Shown piece by piece: positions 9,091-18,531 of a stretch of 64,000 bases of DNA. The stretch's first letter is position 1. Every line of letters begins with the position of its first letter. The position numbers were made by a program, and so were the translations under genes. Origin of the DNA: Pseudomonadota bacterium (GTDB lineage: Bacteria; Pseudomonadota; Alphaproteobacteria; Sphingomonadales; SMXR01); NCBI GenBank assembly GCA_022574255.1, contig JACZSK010000005.1:441-64440 (forward strand). The letters run 5' to 3'. A model generated the notes under the pieces. That model made no database searches. It saw only the letters and a list, made by a program, of their open reading frames with translations, and was not told the DNA's origin.

Positions 9091-10981
9091 GACGGCTTAG
9101 CAGTTTTTCACTTTCGGCCAGGTTGATGGTCTCGGGGTCCAGGCGTTCCAAGGGTGGCCAGGCGCCGGCTGCCACCGCGTCCATGCTGGGGGCGGGCTGG
9201 CCCAGTCGCATGCGGTAGATCCACATGTTGGCGAAAACGCGCTCTATATAAATGCGCGTCTGGCGCGCCGGAATCGTCTCGATAAAGAACAACGGATCGT
9301 TGGCGTAATCCATGCGCTTTTCCCACCGCGACAGGTTGCCTGGCCCGCCGTTATATGCGGTGGCGAATTTGAACAAGTTCGCCTCGGTACTCTCGTAGGT
9401 CATCAGCAGGTTAATATAATCCTGCGACAGCCGCATGTTGAATTCGGGCTGATAAAGCTTCCATTTATTTGACCACCTGAGGGAACGATCCTTGTCAAGG
9501 AAGCCCGCGGTTGCCGGCATGACCTGCATCAGGCCCATGGCGCCGACCCGGCTTTTTGCGCGCGGGCGGAAAAGAGATTCTTGCCGCATGATGGCGAACA
9601 AAATAGCGCGGTCCACCGAGAAACCGCCGTCGGGCTGCCAGTCAGGTACCGGATACAACAGGCTGTGGGGCACCGTCGATCCTTCCGGCGCGTTGCGCGC
9701 CATGGCCATCTGCGTTGCCGGCAAGTTCAGGCGCGCCGCCAGCGCCAGCAGGGGTTCGCGGATATCAGGGCCCTGGCGCCCCCAGACCAGCCGCAATTCC
9801 TGATCGGCGAGATCAAGCTGGCCGATTTCATTCAGCGCCACAGCGCGGCGTACGCCCGGCAATGTCGCCAGCCCGGCATATTGTTCGCTGGTCAGTTGCG
9901 GCAGCGACCAGTCCAGGTCCGGTTCAATCCCCAGTTGGCGCGCCGCCAACAGGCCATAGAAAGCTTCCTTATGGAGGCTCGCCTTCAGCAACAGGCTTTC
10001 AACGCGCTCGGGCTTTTGGCATACCAGATTGGCCCGTGCCGCCCAGAAGAAGGAAGCCGATTGGGTCCATGCCCCGGCTCCCCTGGCGCTGGCCGAGGCT
10101 TCAAAATACTTTGCCGCTGTTGCGCAATCTCCCAGACGCCATGCGGCCAGGCCGGCTATCCATCCGGGCTGGCGAAGCTCGGTGCCGGAGCGGTCAGCGG
10201 CGAAGGCGGCCAATGCCAAAGCCTTGGCGTCGTTGCCTTTGAACAAATGGCTCTTGGCAACTTCGGCAAGTCGCTGGTCAAACTGCGCATTGGAGAACAG
10301 GCCACGGCGCTCAAAAGCCCACAAGTAGCGTTCGGCGCGTTCGGGGCGGCGGCGGCGAATCTCTCGCTTCAGGCGGGATTCGATGCTGGCGATGGCGCGC
10401 CGGTCGCTTTTCGGCAGCCTTGCTGTGGCGGCTTTCTCAGGGGCCAGCTTCGCCGCCCCGCTGGCCCATGGATTTGAGGGCACCGGCCGGCGTGGATAGC
10501 TGGCGCTGCCCCGCCGCTTGCGAGCCAGTTTGTAAAGCCGCGTTGCTCCAGGATGATCGGCGTTGGCCGCCAGCCATCCTTTCAGTTCAGCATAGCGCGA
10601 GCGGTATTTGGTGGGATGCATGTAACGCCGGAACATTAAATGACCCGACAAAATATTGTCCTGAAGCTGGGCGATCAGCCGGTCCGCTTCCTTCCATTTG
10701 CCTTCGTTCTGGGCGGCAAAAATTTGCCGGTAAATTGTCTTGTCCTGGGCAGAAAGGATGATCGGATTAGCCAAAGACGGCAGCGGCGCCAATTTCTGTC
10801 CGGATTTAACAGCTTGTTCGGATTCTGCGGCAGGATTGGCTTCAGAGGCCGGTTTGGCGGCGGGGGCGGGTGGCGCGACACCTGACGAAACCGGCGCGAC
10901 ACCGCTGTCCATGGCGGTGACGGCCAAACCCGCCAGCGCGCATAACGATGCGCGCAGATATCTGTTCACCCAAAAATACAA
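9077..10981 (-). CDS. Soluble lytic murein transglycosylase (SLT domain) with a long N-terminal superhelical region
   Basis: 634 aa. The C-terminal SLT catalytic region reads AIMRQESLFRPRAKSRVGAMGLMQVMPATA...AYNGGPGN. There is a signal peptide. The TTG start at 10981 is preceded by GGAGGA at 7 nt. Confidence 0.85.
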   Translation of the reverse strand: MYFWVNRYLRASLCALAGLAVTAMDSGVAPVSSGVAPPAPAAKPASEANPAAESEQAVKSGQKLAPLPSLANPIILSAQDKTIYRQIFAAQNEGKWKEADRLIAQLQDNILSGHLMFRRYMHPTKYRSRYAELKGWLAANADHPGATRLYKLARKRRGSASYPRRPVPSNPWASGAAKLAPEKAATARLPKSDRRAIASIESRLKREIRRRRPERAERYLWAFERRGLFSNAQFDQRLAEVAKSHLFKGNDAKALALAAFAADRSGTELRQPGWIAGLAAWRLGDCATAAKYFEASASARGAGAWTQSASFFWAARANLVCQKPERVESLLLKASLHKEAFYGLLAARQLGIEPDLDWSLPQLTSEQYAGLATLPGVRRAVALNEIGQLDLADQELRLVWGRQGPDIREPLLALAARLNLPATQMAMARNAPEGSTVPHSLLYPVPDWQPDGGFSVDRAILFAIMRQESLFRPRAKSRVGAMGLMQVMPATAGFLDKDRSLRWSNKWKLYQPEFNMRLSQDYINLLMTYESTEANLFKFATAYNGGPGNLSRWEKRMDYANDPLFFIETIPARQTRIYIERVFANMWIYRMRLGQPAPSMDAVAAGAWPPLERLDPETINLAESEKLLSRHAEN

Positions 10982-11075
10982 CGATCAATCCTCCCCAATA
11001 ATTGTACAGCCAACCCCTTTATTCTTTCCTAACAGCAGGTTATGCGAGGTTGGCCTGTTGAAACTCTATGTAAAA

Positions 11076-11882
11076 TTAACTCGCGAGTCTCGCTTTTATT
11101 TCAAGCAGGTCGCGCCAGGCCTCCCGTTTGGAGCGCGGTTGACGTAACAGATAGGCAGGGTGAAAGGTGGGCATGGCCGGTATCTTGCGCCCGCCGGCCT
11201 CAATTTCGTGCCACTTGCCGCGCAGCCGGGTAATGCCCTGGGTGGTGTCGAGAAGGGCACTTGCGGCAACACCGCCCAGCAGGACAATCACCTTGGGCGC
11301 CACAAGTTCGATGTGCCGCCGTATGAACGGCAGGCACATGGCCTGTTCCACCGGCGTCGGTTTGCGGTTGCCGGGCGGTCGCCATGGCAGGATATTGGAA
11401 ATATAATAATCGGTCTCGCGGGTCATCTCCAGCGCCGCCATCATGCGGTCCAGCAATTTGCCGCTGGCGCCTACAAAAGCCTTGCCCTGCCGGTCCTCGT
11501 CGGCGCCGGGCGCTTCGCCGATAAGCATCAGGTTCGAGTCTGGGTTGCCGTCGCAAAAAACAATGTTCATGGCGGTGCGTTTCAGCCCGCATTCCTCGAA
11601 GGATTCCATGGTGGCGCGCAATTCCGCCAGCGTGCCGGCGGTTGCGGCGCGCTCGCTGGCCAGCAATGCGCCGCCCCTTTCTGACAGCGGCGCCGATACC
11701 TTTGCACCAGCACCAGAACTGGTGGCAGCAACGGCAATGGTCGCAGGTTTTGGCGTATCAAGTGCGGGTTGCGCCGGGCGGGCGGCGGGCGCTGTCTCAA
11801 ATCGATTCACCGCGACCTCGCCGATGGCCTCGTCGGCCCCGGCGGCAATCTGCCATTCCAGTTGATCCAGCGCTTTAGACAT
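11076..11882 (-). CDS. Uracil-DNA glycosylase, family 4, with an Ala-rich N-terminal extension
   Basis: 268 aa with [27 protein letters not shown] and HPAYLLR, the family-4 UDG motifs. Confidence 0.85.
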   Translation of the reverse strand: MSKALDQLEWQIAAGADEAIGEVAVNRFETAPAARPAQPALDTPKPATIAVAATSSGAGAKVSAPLSERGGALLASERAATAGTLAELRATMESFEECGLKRTAMNIVFCDGNPDSNLMLIGEAPGADEDRQGKAFVGASGKLLDRMMAALEMTRETDYYISNILPWRPPGNRKPTPVEQAMCLPFIRRHIELVAPKVIVLLGGVAASALLDTTQGITRLRGKWHEIEAGGRKIPAMPTFHPAYLLRQPRSKREAWRDLLEIKARLAS

Positions 11883-12036
11883 TCAGATTTTTCCAAGCCA
11901 TGCCATAGCCGCACATTATGCTGCGCGGGCAATGTGTGCCAGCACCAATCCGGGGCAAGATGCCAGTTAATTGACCCATTGTATGCTTCGGTGCATAACC
12001 TTCAGAACTGCGCGCGATCATCATCGGGAGACAGAC

Positions 12037-13695
12037 GTGGAACGAGAATCGATGGATTTCGATGTGGTCATAGTCGGCGGCGGTCCGGCGGGCCTGGCAG
12101 CCGCCATACGCCTGAAACAACTGGCCGCGGAAGGCGGTGGCGACACCACTGTCTGCATTCTTGAAAAAGGCTCCGAGGTTGGTGCGCATATCCTCTCTGG
12201 CGCTGTTGTCGACCCCATTGCGCTGAATGAATTGATACCCGATTGGCGTGATCGGGATGTGCCCATGGGTGTGCCGGTCACCAAAAACCAGCACTGGGTG
12301 CTGAGCGAAAAGGGCAAGCTTTCGATACCTCATATTTTGTTGCCGCCCCTGATGAGCAACAAGGGGGCTTACACCCTGAGCCTGGGCAATCTCTGCCGCT
12401 GGCTGGCGACCGAGGCCGAGGCGCTGGGTGTTGAAATATACCCGGGCTTTGCCGCCGCCGAGCTGTTGTATGCCGAGGATGGCAGCGTCAAGGGTGTCGC
12501 CACCGGCGATATGGGTGTTGCCAAAGATGGCAGCCATAAGGACACATATGAACCGGGTATCGAACTGCATGCCAAATACACTTTCTTCGCCGAAGGCGTG
12601 CGCGGGTCGCTCACCAAAGTGCTGGAAGAGCGCTTTGATTTGCGTGAGGGCGTGGAGCCGCAGACCTATGGTATCGGCATCAAGGAATTGTGGGACGTGG
12701 CGCCGGACAAACACAGACCCGGCCATGTGATCCATTCCCAGGGCTGGCCGCTGGACAACAAGACAGCGGGCGGCGGGTTCATCTATCACCAAGAGGCGGG
12801 CCAGGTGGCCATCGGTTTCGTGGTCGCCCTGGATTACGAGAATCCTTATCTGTCGCCCTATGACGAATTCCAGAGATTCAAAAACCACCCTCTGGTTCGT
12901 CCGCTTTTGGAAGGCGGGCGTCGGGTTGCCTATGGCGCCCGGGCCATAAACGAAGGCGGCCTGCAGTCGGTACCAAAACTTGTTTTCCCGGGCGGGGCGC
13001 TGATTGGCTGTGCCGCGGGTTTTCTAAATGTGCCCCGCATCAAGGGCAGTCATTGCGCCATGAAAACCGGCATGCTGGCGGCCGAAGCGGCTTTCGAAGC
13101 TCTGGCCGCTGGCAGGACAGGCGATGAACTGACCGGCTATACCGAGGGCTACCGTAAATCCTGGGTCTATAAAGAACTTCACAAGGTGCGCAACGCCCGC
13201 CCGGCCATAGCCAAATTCGGGGCGCTGCTGGGCTCGCTCTATTCGGGCGTGGAGATGTGGATCAATTCACTGGGGCTGGGTTTTCTGGTGCCCTGGACCT
13301 TCGGCCATCACCTGGACAACGAGGCGACAAAAAAGGCCGCCGATTGCACGCCCATCGATTACCCCAGGCCCGATGGCGTGGTGACTTTCGACAAACCTTC
13401 GTCGGTGTTTCTCTCGAACACCAATCACGAAGAAGATCAGCCGGTCCACTTGCAGCTCTTGGATGCGGATATTCCGGTCGCGGTAAATTTGGCTGATTAC
13501 GCGGCGCCCGAAGAGCGGTTTTGCCCGACCGGCGTATACGAAATTTTGCGCGATGCCGATGGCGGCAATCCGCGGCTGCAGATCAATGCCCAGAACTGCG
13601 TTCACTGCAAGACCTGCGACATCAAGGACAGCAGGCAAAATATCAACTGGGTGGTGCCTGAGGGTGGCGGTGGGCCGAATTATCCCAATATGTAA
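12037..13695 (+). CDS. Electron-transfer flavoprotein:ubiquinone oxidoreductase (ETF-QO)
   Basis: FAD motif DVVIVGGGPAGLAAA and the C-terminal 4Fe-4S region FCPTGVYE...NCVHCKTCDIKD...NWVVPEGGGGPNYPNM. The track start TTG 11971 was trimmed to GTG 12037 (GGGAGA 6 nt upstream). ATG 12052 is an alternative start. Confidence 0.9.
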   Translation: MERESMDFDVVIVGGGPAGLAAAIRLKQLAAEGGGDTTVCILEKGSEVGAHILSGAVVDPIALNELIPDWRDRDVPMGVPVTKNQHWVLSEKGKLSIPHILLPPLMSNKGAYTLSLGNLCRWLATEAEALGVEIYPGFAAAELLYAEDGSVKGVATGDMGVAKDGSHKDTYEPGIELHAKYTFFAEGVRGSLTKVLEERFDLREGVEPQTYGIGIKELWDVAPDKHRPGHVIHSQGWPLDNKTAGGGFIYHQEAGQVAIGFVVALDYENPYLSPYDEFQRFKNHPLVRPLLEGGRRVAYGARAINEGGLQSVPKLVFPGGALIGCAAGFLNVPRIKGSHCAMKTGMLAAEAAFEALAAGRTGDELTGYTEGYRKSWVYKELHKVRNARPAIAKFGALLGSLYSGVEMWINSLGLGFLVPWTFGHHLDNEATKKAADCTPIDYPRPDGVVTFDKPSSVFLSNTNHEEDQPVHLQLLDADIPVAVNLADYAAPEERFCPTGVYEILRDADGGNPRLQINAQNCVHCKTCDIKDSRQNINWVVPEGGGGPNYPNM

Positions 13696-13807
13696 GTTGA
13701 CCCATAGTCTTTTACATGGTTTGGGCACATACCCTTGGTGTGAAATACCCGGGTGCAATCCGGGGTGAGGTCGATAGTATATTTGGCGTTCGGAAACTGG
13801 GATTGAA

Positions 13808-15493
13808 ATGCGCATTTTTTCTAAAGCCGGATTGATTGTCTCACTTGTTTCGGTTGTCCTTGCTGGCTGTACCTCGCAACACCAGCCAGCACAGGAGGGA
13901 TTTGGCGAATATCTGGGTGGCCAGCATGCGCGCAACATCTCTGATTCGGCGCGCGCCGCCGAATTGTTTGGCAGCGCCCTTGAACACAGCCCCAAAAATC
14001 CCGTTCTGCTGCAGGAGGCGTTTTCCCTGGCCATTTTGGACGGTGACTTTGACACCGCTCTTGACCTGGCCAAGCGCCAGCAGCAGGTGGGCCAGCCCAA
14101 TGGCGTAGGATTGATGCTCCTGAGCCTCAACAGTTTTCGCCGTGATGATTACGATGCTGCAGTTGAGCAATTGGGGAAGGCGAAGGGAACCGGCTTTGAT
14201 TCACTTGTCGCGCCGTTGGTTGGCGCCTGGATTGAAGCGGCACAGGGGCGGCTGGAACCCGCCCTGGAAGCATTGGAACCGTTGCAGGCCGTATCGGTTT
14301 TCAATACCTTCCGGCTGGCCCATACCGCCTATATTTATGACTACCTGCGGCACGACGAAGAGGCCGCAGCCGCCTATGCGCGGGCACTGGCTTCGCCCAA
14401 ACAGCGGTCACTGCAGCCTGTTCTGGCTTACGGGTTCTTTCTCCAGCGTCAGGGCAGGAACCGGGATGCCGAGACGCTGTACAAGGAATATATGGAAAAG
14501 CGGCCTGGGGCCGAGCAACTGGCTGAGGCGCTGTCTGATCTTGACGCCGGGCGACCGCCGGAAGAAATTATCAGCGACCCGTACACTGCGGTGAGTATGG
14601 CGCTGCTGGTGGCGGCAGGCGAGCTGAGCCGGGATAACGCCCGCACACCCGCCATCCTGTACGCCAGGCTGGCCACCTTCCTGTCCCCCGGATATGACGA
14701 AGCCTACTATCTGCTCGGCACCCTTTTCATTCGCCTGGAACAGCCAAAAATGGCGCTGCGCGCGCTGGAAAATATTCCGCGCGACAGCCGCTTGTCAGAG
14801 ATGACCAGGATTCGCGAGGCTTTGTCATGGGACAACCTGGAGGATACGGAGAAAGCACTATCCGTGCTGCGGGCGGAGTTGCAGTCAAATTCGGAAAACC
14901 GGAATCTGCGCACCGCAATGGGCGACATTATGCGCGGCCACGAATGGTATGACCGTGCCCTCGACGAATATGACCTCGCAATAGGGAATATCGAGACACC
15001 AGTCCCCGGCGACTGGTTCCTGTTTTTTGCCAGGGGGATTTGTTACGAGCGCCTGGATCGTTGGGACGAGGCAGAGGCCGATTTCGAAACGGCGCTGGAA
15101 CTCCGGCCCGACGAGCCTCAGGTTCTAAACTATCTTGGTTATTCCTGGATCGACCGGGGGCTGAATATAGAACCAGCCCAGGTGATGATTGAAAAGGCGG
15201 TGGAGCAGCGCCCCAACGACGGCTACATCATCGACAGCCTGGGCTGGGTGCAGTTTTTGCTGGGCAATTATGAGGAAGCTGTCCGCAATCTTGAGCGGGC
15301 CGTATTGTTGCAGCCGGAAGACCCCACAATAAATGAGCATCTGGGAGATGCTTACTGGAGCGTGGGGCGAAAGCTGGAATCGCGCTTTCAGTGGCGCCAC
15401 GCCCTTGTTCTGGATCCCGACAAGGAACGAATACCGGCCATCAAGGACAAGATTGCCTTCGGTCTGGTGCTTGCGGAGACCGCCAGGCAGTGA
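13808..15493 (+). CDS. TPR-repeat lipoprotein
   Basis: 561 aa with lipobox VLAGC and multiple TPR-like repeats (for example WDEAEADFETALELRPDEPQVLNYLGYSW). A TPR gene upstream of ispE is a common alphaproteobacterial arrangement. Confidence 0.75.
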   Translation: MRIFSKAGLIVSLVSVVLAGCTSQHQPAQEGFGEYLGGQHARNISDSARAAELFGSALEHSPKNPVLLQEAFSLAILDGDFDTALDLAKRQQQVGQPNGVGLMLLSLNSFRRDDYDAAVEQLGKAKGTGFDSLVAPLVGAWIEAAQGRLEPALEALEPLQAVSVFNTFRLAHTAYIYDYLRHDEEAAAAYARALASPKQRSLQPVLAYGFFLQRQGRNRDAETLYKEYMEKRPGAEQLAEALSDLDAGRPPEEIISDPYTAVSMALLVAAGELSRDNARTPAILYARLATFLSPGYDEAYYLLGTLFIRLEQPKMALRALENIPRDSRLSEMTRIREALSWDNLEDTEKALSVLRAELQSNSENRNLRTAMGDIMRGHEWYDRALDEYDLAIGNIETPVPGDWFLFFARGICYERLDRWDEAEADFETALELRPDEPQVLNYLGYSWIDRGLNIEPAQVMIEKAVEQRPNDGYIIDSLGWVQFLLGNYEEAVRNLERAVLLQPEDPTINEHLGDAYWSVGRKLESRFQWRHALVLDPDKERIPAIKDKIAFGLVLAETARQ

Positions 15494-15507
15494 GCCAGGA
15501 GCCGACC

Positions 15508-16452
15508 ATGAGTGGGTCTGAAGGATTGGCCAATGGATCAGCTTGTGCCGGCAGTTCCGTCACGGTTCTGGCGCCGGCGAAAATAAACCTGTTCCTGCAT
15601 ATTGTCGGGCGGCGCGAGGATGGCCGCCATGAACTGGAAAGCATTTTTGCTTTTGCCGACATTGGCGACCGGCTGCGCATGGCGCCCGCCGATGATTTTT
15701 CGCTGACCCTGACCGGGCCTTTCGCCAAGGATTTGAGCGCCGGGGATAATATGGTCCTGAGGGCGGCGAAGGCGTTGGCGGCGCGTGTGGGGCCGGCGGC
15801 GTTTCCGGTAGAGCTGGAACTGGAGAAGAATTTGCCCGTTGCGGCGGGCATTGGCGGCGGCTCCGCGGATGCGGCCGCGGTGTTGCGCGGGCTGTCGGCG
15901 TTGTGGGGATCGGCATTGGCGGCAGACCAGCTATTCGGCCTGGCCCTGTCGCTTGGGGCCGACGTACCCGCCTGCCTTGCTGGCGTAACCGCCAGAGTGA
16001 CAGGCATAGGCGAGAGTATGGAGCCCAGCCTCCGGTCGGCGGATCAATTCCACGCTGTACTGGTGAACCCTCTCGTGCCTCTGTCGACCGCCGCTGTTTT
16101 TCAGCGATATCGAGCATCCTCGGTCGATTTTTCACAGCCTCTCGTGCACTGGCCGGATGGCGGCCCGGAAGAGTTTCTTGGCGCCCTGGCAGGCTGTCGC
16201 AACGATTTGAGCGAAGCCGCGACCACCGAAGCGCCAATAATTGGCCATATGCTCGGTGTCCTGGAAATGCAACAGAATTGCCGCTTGGCCCGCATGTCGG
16301 GTAGCGGCGCAACATGCTTCGCGTTGTTCAATGATCGCGCCGCGGCGGAGCTTGCTGCCCGGGGCCTGCTGGCCGACCGACCGGAATGGTGGGTGGCGGT
16401 GGCGGCGATAGGCGGCAGTGGGAAAGAAACAGGCAAGGGTGATTTGACTTGA
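15508..16452 (+). CDS. ispE: 4-diphosphocytidyl-2-C-methyl-D-erythritol kinase
   Basis: APAKINLFLHIVGRREDGRHELESIF and the GHMP-kinase motif PVAAGIGGGSADAAA. The start was trimmed to ATG 15508 because the track start 15391 overlaps the TPR gene. Confidence 0.9.
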   Translation: MSGSEGLANGSACAGSSVTVLAPAKINLFLHIVGRREDGRHELESIFAFADIGDRLRMAPADDFSLTLTGPFAKDLSAGDNMVLRAAKALAARVGPAAFPVELELEKNLPVAAGIGGGSADAAAVLRGLSALWGSALAADQLFGLALSLGADVPACLAGVTARVTGIGESMEPSLRSADQFHAVLVNPLVPLSTAAVFQRYRASSVDFSQPLVHWPDGGPEEFLGALAGCRNDLSEAATTEAPIIGHMLGVLEMQQNCRLARMSGSGATCFALFNDRAAAELAARGLLADRPEWWVAVAAIGGSGKETGKGDLT

Positions 16453-17303
16453 TGATGCGCCGGCTCAGTTTTTTCACGAAATTTTTGCTGGCCGGTCTGC
16501 TGGCCGGCGTCGTATCAGCATGCGCCGCGTTGACCGGACAGGGAGACCTGCAGTTGACATGGATACGGGCCAATGTGGCGATTCCCCATGGGCAGGGAAT
16601 ACGCAAATTGCAGGCGCTGGAATTAACAGAATTGCTTGGCGCTGGTGCCGCGACCGATGTCGGGGCCGGGGGAGAGCGTCGGCGTTATCCTGTTGTCCTG
16701 TATCTTCACGGCTGCACCGGAATGGGCCGCATGGAAAAGGAATTTGGCGAGAGCCTGGCGGAGCGAGGCTATGTCTTTATCGCGCCCGACAGCATGGCGC
16801 GGCGTTACCGGCCCCTGCAATGTGACCCGCGCAGCCAGACCGGGGGCAAGAATCTTTTCGTTTTTGATTTCCGGCTGGCCGAAATTTCCTACGCCCTTGA
16901 TCAACTCAGGAACGAACCCTGGGTCGATTGGGATAACCTTTTCCTGATGGGCGGCAGCGAGGGCGGCGTTGCTGCGGCGCTCTATCGCGGCGATGAATTC
17001 AGGGCGCGAGTGGTATTTCAATGGACATGCCATGGCGCGCCGCTGGTGCGCGGGCTGGCTGAACCGGATCGCACGCCGATCCTTACCATCGTAAACCAGG
17101 GAGACCCCTGGTATCAGCCCGACAAAACGCCAAACCAAACAGGAGACTGCGGCGACTTTCTCCAGCGTCGGCCCGGCTCAAGCTCGCTGGTGCTGCAGCG
17201 CCAGGGCGTGCATAATGTTCTTGATCTTCCCAGCGTACGCCGGGCAATTCAAATATTTCTGGAGCAAAATCTGAAGAGCGCCGTGACGAATGAGGGAAGA
17301 TAA
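16452..17303 (+). CDS. Secreted or lipoprotein alpha/beta-fold serine hydrolase (dienelactone-hydrolase-like)
   Basis: Signal/lipobox LLAGVVSAC, VVLYLHGCTG, and the nucleophile elbow GGSEGG (G-x-S-x-G). The ATG overlaps the ispE stop codon (TGATG). Confidence 0.6.
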   Translation: MMRRLSFFTKFLLAGLLAGVVSACAALTGQGDLQLTWIRANVAIPHGQGIRKLQALELTELLGAGAATDVGAGGERRRYPVVLYLHGCTGMGRMEKEFGESLAERGYVFIAPDSMARRYRPLQCDPRSQTGGKNLFVFDFRLAEISYALDQLRNEPWVDWDNLFLMGGSEGGVAAALYRGDEFRARVVFQWTCHGAPLVRGLAEPDRTPILTIVNQGDPWYQPDKTPNQTGDCGDFLQRRPGSSSLVLQRQGVHNVLDLPSVRRAIQIFLEQNLKSAVTNEGR

Positions 17304-17372
17304 TGCCAGCCGGCAAACTTTCAGTATCGCCAACAAGGTAATAATCGTTTTTATTGTTAACGAAAGCGTAAC

Positions 17373-17400
17373 TTGAAATTGCTAGCAATCATCGTATAAG
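17373..17400 (+). promoter_or_regulatory. Sigma70-like promoter candidate for the YjbE-like gene
   Basis: TTGAAA (17373-17378), a 16-nt spacer, then TATAAG (17395-17400), lying in an AT-rich spacer. The spacer contains the 10-bp palindrome TTGCTAGCAA (17379-17388). Based on pattern match only. Confidence 0.3.
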
Positions 17401-17460
17401 AACGCGCGCTCGCCGCTCTAAGCAATAAAACTGCTGGTTTGGGAAACAGGAAATAATCCG

Positions 17461-17754
17461 ATGAAGGCTGGGATGAAGAAATTCTTGGTGGTCGCGCTTG
17501 CGACCTCTTTCCAGTTTACGCCGTCTGTGGTTTCAGTTGGCGGCGAGCAAAGTCAATCCGAGGCGTCTCCCCAGCGGGCGCTGACAGGCACTGGTAAAAG
17601 CGCCGGTGCGGCGGCCGGCCAGACCAAGCGGGGCGGCAAGGGCTTCCTGTCTACCACCCTGATTATCGGCGGCGTTGTTGCAGCGGCAACCATCGCGGTC
17701 GCCATCGAGGCCTCCAGTGGAACCGACACCACCGCTTCTACCGGCACAAACTAG
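17461..17754 (+). CDS. YjbE/GfcA-like small secreted Gly/Ala/Ser/Thr-rich protein
   Basis: 97 aa with a signal peptide, a low-complexity G/A/S/T body, a hydrophobic stretch LIIGGVVAAATIAVAI and a Thr-rich tail SSGTDTTASTGTN. The composition and its position next to YjbF/G/H-like genes resemble E. coli YjbE/GfcA. Confidence 0.5.
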   Translation: MKAGMKKFLVVALATSFQFTPSVVSVGGEQSQSEASPQRALTGTGKSAGAAAGQTKRGGKGFLSTTLIIGGVVAAATIAVAIEASSGTDTTASTGTN

Positions 17755-17813
17755 CTCCAGGTTCATTTTTTAAGCGCTGCGTCAGGCCCGTTCATCTGGC
17801 CCCGCGCGAGCAT

Positions 17814-18494
17814 TCACCCTTCTGGCTTCAGCACGCTTATGGTGAGGGACGGGTATCCCTCGGCGATTTTCTGGCGGCTCTGCCAGGTAAAGCCGTCGTA
17901 AGGATCCACCCAAAATAGACTGGTCTGTTTTTTGCCCGATCCCGCGCGGCAGATTTCCTCCAGCAGGATTGTCTGGAGCAGGATTTCCGCGATTTCGATC
18001 TCAACCTCCCGGAGTTTCTTCAAAGAACAGTTCAGCGTGACCGCGCTGTCGGAACCGGGTGCGGGCTGCAGGTAATATTGTGTTCTCCGGTAAGAAACAG
18101 GTTTCTGCAGAAGATGAGGCCCGGTTGACAATGGATCGGCATCAAACAGATCCGTATGCCCCAGATCTTGCGGGAATCCCACGGTCTGAATTATTCTGCC
18201 GTTATGCGTCACAATGGCGACTTCGTTGGTCGCCATCCAATGGCGGGTCGAGCCGTCGCTGGCGGCCAGAACCAAGATTGCCGGCGACCGCCTGCCAACC
18301 CTTGCGGTAATCGTCGCGTATGGTATTTTCGACACGCTTTCCCGGCTGATATAGGAATCGGGGACGCCGAATACAGCGTTCCTTAGCACCGAGCCGGCTA
18401 TGGGCCAGTTGCTGTTGCTGCCGCAGCCAGACAGCAATAGAATCAGGCCTGATGCTGCGGCGGAAAGAAGATTCTGAATGACAGGCTGGTCCAT
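17814..18494 (-). CDS. YjbF/GfcB-like lipoprotein
   Basis: 226 aa with lipobox LLLSGCGS. Its size, the motif IVTHNGRIIQTVGFPQDL and its genomic context fit the YjbF family. The assignment relies on remembered family features, not a search. Confidence 0.6.
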   Translation of the reverse strand: MDQPVIQNLLSAAASGLILLLSGCGSNSNWPIAGSVLRNAVFGVPDSYISRESVSKIPYATITARVGRRSPAILVLAASDGSTRHWMATNEVAIVTHNGRIIQTVGFPQDLGHTDLFDADPLSTGPHLLQKPVSYRRTQYYLQPAPGSDSAVTLNCSLKKLREVEIEIAEILLQTILLEEICRAGSGKKQTSLFWVDPYDGFTWQSRQKIAEGYPSLTISVLKPEG

Positions 18495-18531
18495 AGGCTG
18501 GCAATGTGCTCACAAATTAGGATATCAGGAT

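Noticed and set aside
11875-12888. 337-aa minus-strand ORF
   Set aside because: It is antisense to the ETF-QO gene, and the plus frame carries the FAD and Fe-S motifs.
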